Source: Candidatus Adlerbacteria bacterium RIFCSPHIGHO2_12_FULL_53_18 (GTDB taxonomy: Bacteria; Patescibacteriota; Minisyncoccia; Phycocordibacterales; SBAW01). Taken from it: DNA of 64,000 nucleotides. The first letter of the stretch is position 1. The number at the start of each line of letters is the position of its first letter. The stretch spans positions 5,143 through 69,142 of the forward strand of contig MEWW01000010.1 of assembly GCA_001775475.1 (NCBI GenBank). Direction: 5' to 3'. The notes under the pieces were generated by a model. It saw only the letters and a list, made by a program, of their open reading frames with translations. It searched no databases and had not been told where the DNA came from. The position numbers and the translations under genes are program-made. Shown here in pieces: positions 57,149 to 64,000 of this stretch.

Positions 57149-57835
57149 ATGTTCGAGCCTTTGCTCCTTGTTGCACTGCTAGGCGGTCTTTTGCCTGCCC
57201 TGCTGTGGCTTGCTTTTTGGCTCCTCGAAGACCGGTGCGAACCCGAGCCTAAGCGCTACATCTTTTATTGCTTTGTCCTAGGCATGGCCACAATCCCCTT
57301 AGTGCTCTGGGGAGAAAAGCTTGTGGCACACTATCTGACGGGGCCGCTCCTTCTCGTTGCCTGGGCTGGGATAGAAGAGGTGTGCAAGTTTGGCGCAGCC
57401 TACTTTGCGGCCCTGCGCTGGAGCGTCTTTGACGAGCCCCTAGACGCGGTTATTTACATGGTGACGGCGGCACTAGGTTTTGCGGCGATAGAAAATACCC
57501 TATTTATCCTCTCGCCGTTGGAAAACGGCAATGTCCTTCAGACCATTATGACCGGCAACCTCCGCTTTATAGGAGCAACACTTCTCCACACGCTCTCCTC
57601 GGCAACTGTGGGGCTTGCGCTTGCATTTGCATTTTATAACCGGGCAAGCATTAGGCGTTTAGCAGCCCTAGGCGGGGTTATCCTTGCAGTGCTGTTGCAC
57701 GCACTTTTTAACTTGTCTATACTAGGCAAAGGTGGCAGTTCGATATTCTGGATTTTCCTCCTTATCTGGCTTGGTATTATCGGCGCGCTTCTACTTGTAG
57801 AGCGGGTCAAGCAGCCGTCACGTGATTATTGCTAA
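57149..57835 (+). CDS. PrsW-family intramembrane protease-like protein
   Basis: Multi-TM with EEVCKFG (EExxK) and FAAIEN (FxxxEN) motifs, HTLSS; 228 aa. Confidence 0.5.
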   Translation: MFEPLLLVALLGGLLPALLWLAFWLLEDRCEPEPKRYIFYCFVLGMATIPLVLWGEKLVAHYLTGPLLLVAWAGIEEVCKFGAAYFAALRWSVFDEPLDAVIYMVTAALGFAAIENTLFILSPLENGNVLQTIMTGNLRFIGATLLHTLSSATVGLALAFAFYNRASIRRLAALGGVILAVLLHALFNLSILGKGGSSIFWIFLLIWLGIIGALLLVERVKQPSRDYC

Positions 57836-57853
57836 ATTCCTCCCTTTGTACTC

Positions 57854-58354
57854 ATGGCGCGAGAAAAAAAATCCCTCTTTGGTTGGTTGACTGGCGGCGC
57901 AGATGCCGACAACGACTACTCGTTTGACGACCTCGAGGCGGGCTCGGGAGCGCTCCCCACCCGTGGCCGTGCAGCGGCCGAAAAGCACCCTGCTTCCATG
58001 CCAGACCCTATAGAAGAGCCTATAGACGGGGAGCTCTCGGTAGATGTCTACCAAACCCCAAGCCACATCGTGGTTAAGGCCATGATTGCGGGAGTCCGAC
58101 CTGAAGATTTGGATGTCACTATAACCCGCGACATGGTTACAATTCGGGGCAAGCGCGAGCAGCATACCGAAGGCAGCGCGGGCGACTTCTTTTTTCAAGA
58201 GCTCTATTGGGGCTCGTTTTCGCGCACCATAGTCTTGCCGCAGGAGGTTGAGGTTGAAGAAGCGGAAGCCGTGGAAAAACACGGGCTCCTCATCATCCGC
58301 CTTCCCAAACTTGATAAAGGCCGCCAGGCCAAGCTCAAGGTCAAATCGAGTTAA
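57854..58354 (+). CDS. small heat shock protein (Hsp20/alpha-crystallin family)
   Basis: ACD pattern ELSVDVYQTPSHIVVKAMIAGVRPEDLDVTITRDMVTIRGKRE...GSFSRTIVLPQEVEVEEAEAVEKHGLLIIRLPK. Confidence 0.8.
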   Translation: MAREKKSLFGWLTGGADADNDYSFDDLEAGSGALPTRGRAAAEKHPASMPDPIEEPIDGELSVDVYQTPSHIVVKAMIAGVRPEDLDVTITRDMVTIRGKREQHTEGSAGDFFFQELYWGSFSRTIVLPQEVEVEEAEAVEKHGLLIIRLPKLDKGRQAKLKVKSS

Positions 58355-58422
58355 AGCAGGTGCTTGGGGCCGGGCACTGGGAAACCCACGGTTTTCCCAA
58401 CTTTCCTCATTTCGTCCGTCTG

Positions 58423-58495
58423 TGCCTGGGCCCGGGCTCGAACCGGGGACCCTTCCCTCTTCAGGGGAATGCTCTACCAACTGAGCTACCCAGGC
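58423..58495 (-). tRNA. tRNA-Phe (anticodon GAA)
   Basis: GCCTGGG-TA-GCTC AGTTGGTA GAGC-A-TTCCC CTGAAGA GGGAA-GGGTC-CCCGG TTCGAGC CCGGG-CCCAGGC-A. Confidence 0.8.
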
Positions 58496-58530
58496 GATTT
58501 GGGTACTCTAGCATATTTGTCACTAAATTT

Positions 58531-58800
58531 TTAGGGCTGCTGAAACTGATTTCCAATCTGCCGCGCCTGTTCAAGGGCTTGTTGGGCCGTGTCGTAAAGC
58601 TCCTTCATTTCCTGCAGGTAGGGCAGCAAGTAGAAAAAAGCCCCTACCGAAAACGCTGCAATAACAGCGAGCCAAATAAACTTGCCTACCCTGCCCCATA
58701 CGGCCGTGCGATGCATCGACTTAACCATCGCATTCGTCTCTTGAGTAAGCGCCGTATTTTGCCGAATAAGCTCTTTGAGCTGTTCTATTTGCGGATCCAT
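58531..58800 (-). CDS. small membrane protein, hypothetical
   Basis: 89 aa, one central TM (FIWLAVIAAFSVGAFFYLLPYL), coiled-coil-like termini. Confidence 0.3.
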   Translation of the reverse strand: MDPQIEQLKELIRQNTALTQETNAMVKSMHRTAVWGRVGKFIWLAVIAAFSVGAFFYLLPYLQEMKELYDTAQQALEQARQIGNQFQQP

Positions 58801-58823
58801 GCGTTCATTATATCATCTCTCTT

Positions 58824-58899
58824 TGGTGCCCCCGCGAGGAATCGAACCTCGATCAAACCCTTAGGACGGGTACGTTCTGATCCGTTGAACTACGGGGGC
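58824..58899 (-). tRNA. tRNA-Arg (anticodon CCT), CCA encoded
   Basis: GCCCCCG-TA-GTTC AACGGATCA GAAC-G-TACCC GTCCTAA GGGTT-TGAT-CGAGG TTCGATT CCTCG-CGGGGGC-A-CCA. It has G32 and a U27.U43 mismatch, so the isotype call is moderate. Confidence 0.6.
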
Positions 58900-58930
58900 G
58901 GATAAACAAGGTTATCCTAACAGGTATTGT

Positions 58931-59200
58931 CTATTCGTAAATATCATGGGTACCTATTTGAAAAAATCGAGCAATCTTTCCTTCTTCTGAATCCTCGATA
59001 ATGTCAAAGATAATGCGATACGAATATGTAACTGAAAATGCAGATAGGCCTTCCATTTTCCCTGTAAGCTTATGAACTCTCAGGCGTGGGTCGAAGGGGT
59101 TTTGGGCAAAAATTTTCGTCTTTTTCTTTGCGATTTCACGAATATCGGAGGGTGTTTTCTTATATTGTCGAAGATAGAGCGGAGAAAAGAAAACCTCCAT
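58931..59200 (-). CDS. type II toxin, RelE/ParE family
   Basis: 89 aa. ...NPFDPRLRVHKLTGKMEGLSAFSVTYSYRIIFDIIEDSEEGKIARFFQIGTHDIY matches the RelE/ParE C-terminal core (YRiiY.i.d.....i..ig.H..Y). Confidence 0.6.
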   Translation of the reverse strand: MEVFFSPLYLRQYKKTPSDIREIAKKKTKIFAQNPFDPRLRVHKLTGKMEGLSAFSVTYSYRIIFDIIEDSEEGKIARFFQIGTHDIYE

Positions 59201-59210
59201 GGAATGCCTG

Positions 59211-59426
59211 TTATCTAAGCTCTTTGAGGGAACTTAGACGCTTCCAGGTTTTTTTATTGAATGTCCTTTTTTGTTCCTGTAACTCCTCCGCAAGTTTGCG
59301 ACGCTTTTCCTCCCGCAAGAGGTAGCGGAAGAACTCGCTGACAGAGGCAAACCCTTCTGCACGCGCTACACGTTTTGCTTCTGCGGCGGTTTCTTTGGGT
59401 ACGGATATGTTAAGAATGGTTCTCAT
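59211..59426 (-). CDS. type II antitoxin, ribbon-helix-helix (CopG/ParD-like)
   Basis: Start at the internal ATG (MRTILNISVPKETAAEAKRVARAEGFASVSEFFRYLLREEKRR...). RHH N-terminus. Lies 10 nt upstream of the toxin gene. Confidence 0.55.
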   Translation of the reverse strand: MRTILNISVPKETAAEAKRVARAEGFASVSEFFRYLLREEKRRKLAEELQEQKRTFNKKTWKRLSSLKELR

Positions 59427-59544
59427 AGCTGTATTACAAAGTATATACACCTACCCGCACAAAGTCAATTTTGCAATACTTACGCCTCAACCCACTGTCT
59501 CGAAGACTCCCAGTACACACCAAGAATATAGTCGTAAAGCCTCC

Positions 59545-59787
59545 TTATTCTTGGATGCCTAACTTCTGCGCCAAACGGCCGCGGTCAAAGCCGACCATCA
59601 CCTCGTCCCCTATAACGATTACCGGCACACCGAGCTGGCCTGTCATCTGTATCATCTCCTGGCGCTTTGCCGCGTCACTTGCAACATCGTAGTTAGTAAA
59701 CTCAACCCCTTTTTCAGTAAAAAATTCTTTTGCCATGTGGCAAAAGTGACAGGTCGGGGTCGAATAAATAGTGACAGATTTTTGCAT
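59545..59787 (-). CDS. glutaredoxin-like protein (NrdH/Grx)
   Basis: TIYSTPTCHFCHMAKEFF (CxxC), GVPVIVIGDEVMVGFD; 80 aa. Confidence 0.7.
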   Translation of the reverse strand: MQKSVTIYSTPTCHFCHMAKEFFTEKGVEFTNYDVASDAAKRQEMIQMTGQLGVPVIVIGDEVMVGFDRGRLAQKLGIQE

Positions 59788-59833
59788 GACTTTCTTTATT
59801 AACTGTTTTCTTTTAGTATAACATACGTGCCAA

Positions 59834-59904
59834 GCGGGATTAGTTCAGTGGCAGAACGAGTGCTTCCCAAGCATTAGGCGCGAGTCCGATTCTCGCATCC
59901 CGCA
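59834..59904 (+). tRNA. tRNA-Gly (anticodon CCC)
   Basis: GCGGGAT-TA-GTTC AGTGGCA GAAC-G-AGTGC TTCCCAA GCATT-AGGC-GCGAG TCCGATT CTCGC-ATCCCGC-A. Confidence 0.8.
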
Positions 59905-59917
59905 CAGAATTCATCAC

Positions 59918-60316
59918 TTACCATGCCAGCAGCGCGTTAAAAAGCTTGCTAAACGGGTTATTTGCCGTAATTTCTTCAATACTCTCGGCACTCTCTGTCC
60001 GCACAATACGAATCTCTCCCTCGCCGGGGCGCACCACCCCAAAGCGTTCCCGCACTGCGGCTTCGATACCTCTCTCAGACGAAAACTGCTCCAGCGTCGC
60101 GACTATAGTGACATACTCTTCTTTAGTGGCCGCAAGCTCGGCCTCAGCTAGCGCGCGCTCCCCGACCGCCATGTCGAAGGTCTGATACATGCCCCAAGCC
60201 GCTTTTACCGAAGCACTTGATACAAAAAGTAAGACGCCCGCCGTCACGAGCGCCAAAAAGAAGCGCCAGAAGACGTGTTCGCTCGTTTGGTTGGTTTTAA
60301 AATCTCTCTGGGGCAT
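59918..60316 (-). CDS. FtsB/DivIC-like septum formation initiator family protein (tentative)
   Basis: N-terminal TM then a coiled coil (ERALAEAELAATKEEYVTIVATLEQ) and a short beta-rich C-terminus. 132 aa. Confidence 0.35.
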   Translation of the reverse strand: MPQRDFKTNQTSEHVFWRFFLALVTAGVLLFVSSASVKAAWGMYQTFDMAVGERALAEAELAATKEEYVTIVATLEQFSSERGIEAAVRERFGVVRPGEGEIRIVRTESAESIEEITANNPFSKLFNALLAW

Positions 60317-60437
60317 AGGTTGAAGGGTTGGAGAAATACGCTATACTAAGTGCCATGTTTGGAAGAAATGGCAGCCGGATGGCTCGTATCGTGACCTGGT
60401 TTGTAGGGGTGGTTATTATCCTCAGCATGGTATTGGC

Positions 60438-60818
60438 CTACTTTGCAATGCTTATCTGATTGGGCGCTATGAGGAGCAGAGGCTCCGGAGCCGGCACCGA
60501 TGTAGCTGCGTCGGCCAACGGCTCGGATACAGCTCCTACGGAGGCCAGGTTTGACCGAGCAGGCCCAGAGAAGCCTGCGACAATTGCCGCACCCATAGCC
60601 ACATAGGCGCGCTCCTGGGCGTCGCCAAGCGCATACACACTCTCTACGTAGGACTCGACTACAATCCGCGTCAGCGGTATCCCTATCGCGTAGGAGAAGG
60701 CGAGGTTAAATACGGTGAGCGCCACAATAACGCCGAGCGCTACAGAGGAGTCGCGCTTTTTAAACGGTTGTTTTTTAGGACTTTTCGCACTCTTTACACT
60801 CCTCGAACGCTTTTTCAT
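60438..60818 (-). CDS. membrane protein, hypothetical
   Basis: Basic N-terminus (KKRSRSVKSAKSPKKQPFKKR) then two TM segments. 126 aa. Confidence 0.4.
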   Translation of the reverse strand: MKKRSRSVKSAKSPKKQPFKKRDSSVALGVIVALTVFNLAFSYAIGIPLTRIVVESYVESVYALGDAQERAYVAMGAAIVAGFSGPARSNLASVGAVSEPLADAATSVPAPEPLLLIAPNQISIAK

Positions 60819-60840
60819 AACCTTCCCAGGCTAGGTTAAT

Positions 60841-60883
60841 AATTTTTAGAAAAAGAAAATGCCGGGCCCAAAAATGGCCCGGC
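60841..60883 (-). terminator. rho-independent terminator on the minus strand
   Basis: gccgggcc-caaaaat-ggcccggc hairpin. The minus-strand read-out is followed by attttctttttctaaaaatt. Confidence 0.55.
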
Positions 60884-61145
60884 CCTGTTGCCTGACTATA
60901 GTACCCCTCCCTTCCTCTTGATGCAAATCAGGGCTCTGTGGATATCTCCCGACGCTTTGGTCGGGACCCCGACCGGGAGCGTCGGGGTTTAATCGCCTAC
61001 TAAAAGAATTCCAGGCTGCTAAATATGGTCAGCTTGCCCGGATATTACAAGAGTTTTCTAAACTCTTCTTCGGTTAAGCCGGCTTGTTTTATTATTTGTT
61101 TTAAAAGGGAGCGTTTTATATCACCCGGGTGTATAGGAACAGAGG

Positions 61146-61343
61146 TCACAAGGCGCTAACGGGAATTTGCTCTCCATGCTTAACTAATGTGTCCAAGTAT
61201 CCCTCGATAGCATCCTTTGCCATCTCCCTAACCTCGTCGAGCGACTCCCCTTGTGTGAGACACCCGGGCAGTGCAGGAACCTCGGCCCAGTAGCCGCCCT
61301 CCTCTGCCTTATGTACTCGCACCGTATAGTTAAACACCTTCAT
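61146..61343 (-). CDS. hicB: HicB-family antitoxin (UPF0150), apparently without an adjacent HicA
   Basis: MKVFNYTVRVHKAEEGGYWAEVPALPGCLTQGESLDEVREMAKDAIEGYLD matches the HicB consensus (..DGGY.A.VP.LPGC.TQG.TLEEA..NAKEAIE.YLE). The start is set at ATG 61343; the ORF-track start is GTG 61352. Confidence 0.6.
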   Translation of the reverse strand: MKVFNYTVRVHKAEEGGYWAEVPALPGCLTQGESLDEVREMAKDAIEGYLDTLVKHGEQIPVSAL

Positions 61344-61463
61344 ACCCGACACTATACCACAACTTCTCCAACGACGTGAGGTTTAGCCTCACGAGTTACA
61401 GTCACGCTCCATGTGCACAGCATGAACGACTTACGAAGTCGTTCATTTAGACACCGAAGCGGC

Positions 61464-61979
61464 TTACCAATCTGCAGCCCCTTGCGAATAGACTGAACAA
61501 AACGTGTGTTGTGATTCGGTTGTCCGGCGAGGGTCGGCAAAATTCTGGCCTAGCTTGCATTTAGTCCCTACTTCGGCGCTCCAGTCGGTGGAGAGTTTGT
61601 AATTGGTCCCATTAGATCTATAAATGTAGCCCTTGAAAGATCCCCCGCTGACGCAGCCCGATGGGTCTGTGGGAAGAACTGCGATATACGCTGGAGCCAG
61701 GTTAGGGACATAGCCATTCGCGCCGCTTGTGTCGCGTGGTGTCGGATCGGCGCCGTTGGTACAGACCGTCCACCAACTGCCGCCCGTTGATGGGTAGGAA
61801 CCATTGTCGTTATAGTAGAGCTTCAAGCCAATATCCACGTTAATCAAATCTGAGTATCGTTTTGCGTCTCGAGACTCTTTGCGAGAGCTACCGAGACCAG
61901 CGACGACAATGGTTGAAAGAATGCCGATTATCCCAACCACAACCATAAGCTCAACTAGCGTAAAGCCGCGTACGTGCAT
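61464..61979 (-). CDS. type IV pilin / pseudopilin (class III signal peptide)
   Basis: Prepilin peptidase site MHVRG/FTLVELMVVVGIIGILSTIVVAG. C-terminal globular domain with Cys pairs. 171 aa. Confidence 0.7.
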   Translation of the reverse strand: MHVRGFTLVELMVVVGIIGILSTIVVAGLGSSRKESRDAKRYSDLINVDIGLKLYYNDNGSYPSTGGSWWTVCTNGADPTPRDTSGANGYVPNLAPAYIAVLPTDPSGCVSGGSFKGYIYRSNGTNYKLSTDWSAEVGTKCKLGQNFADPRRTTESQHTFCSVYSQGAADW

Positions 61980-61984
61980 GTAAT

Positions 61985-64000
61985 TTACTGTATCACCGCA
62001 GCAACATCTGTTTCAACCTGAGATGAAGGAGAACTTTCTTCTTCGCTCTCCTCCACTGTCGACTCTTCCTCATTCGTCTCTTCTGGTGCCGGTGCTTCCT
62101 CTACAGGCTCACTTGGGGTTGACGGAGCAACATCTTCTACAGTCGGTTCTTCTATTTCATCTGCTTCTTCCGGCGCTCCGGCGGGCTGAGCCTCTGGCGG
62201 CGGTTCCGATTCTGCTTGCGGTGAGCTTGTCGAATCCGGCGCGGGAGAGGGCGCGGGAGCTGGTGCGGGCGTACTCGAGCCACCCGCAGCCGCAGATTGG
62301 GATCGCAAATCGAGAAGCTGCTGCAGTTCGGCTTCGTTTACGCAGGTTGCGCCGACGCACAACTCGTCGGTGCGCACACGCTTTGCAAAGAAATCGGCGA
62401 TGCCGTTGCCAGCGTCGGCGAACCATTGTGTGAGGCGGGTGAAGAGGGAAGAAAAGAAGCGGGACGGGAATGAACCTTGCTCGGTTGCTGGCGTCGTCGT
62501 CGCGAGGTCTTCGAATTTAAGGTTGAGTTCTTGGATCGCCTTGGCAAGGAGCGCGGTGAGGCGCTCGTACTTTACGCCTTGGAGCTCTCCTGTTTCGTTA
62601 TCGTAGCGGGCAAGAAGCGGACTGACGGCGACGATTTCCTCGGCGATAAAGCCGAGGTCATGCTCGCCTCCGAAATCCTCTCTCCAATCGAACTCGCGAG
62701 GAGTTAGCGCAAGGACCGCATCGAGACCGAGAGAAATGTCCTCCACGTTCTCTTTGTACTGCGCAAGCGACGTGCAGTCGCCGTACAAAGACCCACCCGC
62801 GCCGTCCCAGCAGAGGGGGTCAGCTCCGACAGCTGTGTTGGTGAGCACATACAGAGTGCCCCCGACCGTAAGAAGTCCTTCGGTCGGCGTTGTGTCATTG
62901 ATGCCGACGTTGCCGGTGGAGTTGATGGTCACCTTTTCCGTGACCCCGCTTATGTCCCCTGACCCCGTGTAGAGCGAGATGCCGGACGCGCCTGCGACGA
63001 TCGCGTTGCCGTTCAAGACCGCGAACTCCGCGTGCGTCCCGCTTCGTGTGATGCGGATACGGCTTGTGGCAGCTGTCGTGCCGTCGACATGGAGAGCAAC
63101 TGCTGGCGAGGTGGTGCCGATACCGACGTTGCCTGAATAGTCAATCGTCATCGCAGTGTTGGTGATACCACTGGAGTATAGATTTGAAGTGCCGAAGTGG
63201 AGATAACTACCGCTTGAGGTGACTTGAGATCCGATGCGAGCTTTCGGAATCCCATGAGAACCAGCGGATACGGCACTGCGGCTTGCAAAGTCGAGCACTG
63301 TGTACTGGTTGGAGCCCGTATCCGCTTGAATTCTCAAGTGTCCGTCAGTCGTGCCGGTGAAAGTTGAGAGAGCGGTCCCCTCGATATTAAGTTTAGTTTC
63401 CGGCGTCGTGGTGCCGATGCCGACGTTGCCGGCGTTGTCTATTCTCATGCGCTCGAGCGCTGCACCACCAGCGTTAGGGCGCGTGATGAATTGCAGGTTA
63501 CCACCCCACGTCCCGGTCTTTGTGCCAGTTATTAAAGCCGCGCGTTCTCCGGTGTTATTAGAATCAGCAAATGCAATCCCATTATTAAACGCGTCGAAGT
63601 CCGTACCGATGGAATGCGTACTACCTGAAAATAATAGGTCGCCAAGATCTATCTGTAGTTTTGCCTTTGGACTCGTCGTCCCGATGCCGACGTTGCCGTC
63701 GTCTATGACGAGCCATGTATTTGCATCACCGCTTCCTTCACCGAATGCGATGGTGTTGTCGGAAGCGGTGGAAGCGCCGTGACGAAACTCGATCCACGAT
63801 TGTGCGGAACTATTATCGTCGATTGACGCTTCAAGTCGAAGTGCGCTGTTGTGCCATGAATTGTCGCGCGTCGCATGTGCTCGCGTAACGATGTCGAAGT
63901 AATTGTTATTGGCGCCATCGACAAAATTGTCTCTGAAACGCGCAAGGAGCGTCTCGCTATCATCGGCAAGCGCAAGCGCGTTTGTTCCATGAACATGGAG
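61985..64000 (-). CDS. large secreted tail-fibre-like protein with repeated (I/V)DxxGNVGIGTTSP units, a C-terminal S74-type intramolecular chaperone domain and an acidic Pro-rich tail; the N-terminus lies beyond the window edge
   Basis: The ORF track starts at Met 63448, but the same frame is open upstream to position 64000 (...LHVHGTNALALADDSETLLARFRDNFVDGANNNYFD...ALERMRIDNAGNVGIGTTTP). Three GNVGIGTT(S/T)P repeats. Chaperone-domain pattern CWDGAGGSLYGDCTSLAQYKENVEDISLGLDAVLALTPREFDWRE...GFIAEEIVAVSPLLARY...KYERLTALLAKAIQEL. Confidence 0.55.
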   Translation of the reverse strand, partial: LHVHGTNALALADDSETLLARFRDNFVDGANNNYFDIVTRAHATRDNSWHNSALRLEASIDDNSSAQSWIEFRHGASTASDNTIAFGEGSGDANTWLVIDDGNVGIGTTSPKAKLQIDLGDLLFSGSTHSIGTDFDAFNNGIAFADSNNTGERAALITGTKTGTWGGNLQFITRPNAGGAALERMRIDNAGNVGIGTTTPETKLNIEGTALSTFTGTTDGHLRIQADTGSNQYTVLDFASRSAVSAGSHGIPKARIGSQVTSSGSYLHFGTSNLYSSGITNTAMTIDYSGNVGIGTTSPAVALHVDGTTAATSRIRITRSGTHAEFAVLNGNAIVAGASGISLYTGSGDISGVTEKVTINSTGNVGINDTTPTEGLLTVGGTLYVLTNTAVGADPLCWDGAGGSLYGDCTSLAQYKENVEDISLGLDAVLALTPREFDWREDFGGEHDLGFIAEEIVAVSPLLARYDNETGELQGVKYERLTALLAKAIQELNLKFEDLATTTPATEQGSFPSRFFSSLFTRLTQWFADAGNGIADFFAKRVRTDELCVGATCVNEAELQQLLDLRSQSAAAGGSSTPAPAPAPSPAPDSTSSPQAESEPPPEAQPAGAPEEADEIEEPTVEDVAPSTPSEPVEEAPAPEETNEEESTVEESEEESSPSSQVETDVAAVIQ

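Noticed and set aside
61352-61540. Listed 62-aa ORF upstream of hicB, considered as a HicA toxin
   Set aside because: It has no HicA-like sequence (no GSH motif, not basic dsRBD-like). It overlaps the 3' end of the type IV pilin gene in another frame.

Overview
This 64-kb window is a gene-dense, roughly 58% GC chromosomal segment with short intergenic gaps. Several proteins are unusually short (IF-2 524 aa, ValRS 705 aa, Rel 504 aa), biosynthetic pathways are partial (purD, purB and pyrF-pyrE stand alone), and type IV and VirB2-like pilins are present. I infer from this a small-genome Patescibacteria/CPR-like organism; this is not proven. By eye I support about 75 CDS. The housekeeping set is dnaX, dus, an FtsQ-like gene, serS, dprA, topA, a short RelA/SpoT homologue, parB, pyrF, pyrE, miaA, rpmG, clpB, a cysteine desulfurase, infB, rbfA, purD, purB, gyrA, rpsA, pth, lepB, a HisRS-like gene, rpsU, ybeY, ftsA, ftsZ, trxB, tsaD, valS and an Hsp20. 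There are 14 tRNAs in five clusters, several rho-independent terminators, and two type II toxin-antitoxin loci: a RelE/ParE-RHH pair and an orphan HicB. The accessory content is as follows. (1) A tandem array of four paralogous VirB2/TrbC-like pilin genes followed by an orphan solute-binding protein, sitting downstream of a 4-tRNA cluster and an SPFH gene. (2) A VirB2-like pilin module fused to an SLT lytic transglycosylase, next to tRNA-Tyr. (3) A type IV pilin followed by a tail-fibre-like protein with a C-terminal S74-type intramolecular chaperone domain; this gene runs off the window edge. (4) A secreted lysyl-oxidase-like copper enzyme next to a PQQ-type sugar dehydrogenase. I found no rRNA, CRISPR array, integrase or transposase. 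Two small genes below the 60-aa ORF-track cutoff were recovered by hand: rpmG and a Cys4 zinc-ribbon protein. All coordinates come from manual translation, and tRNA ends are accurate to about 1-2 nt.
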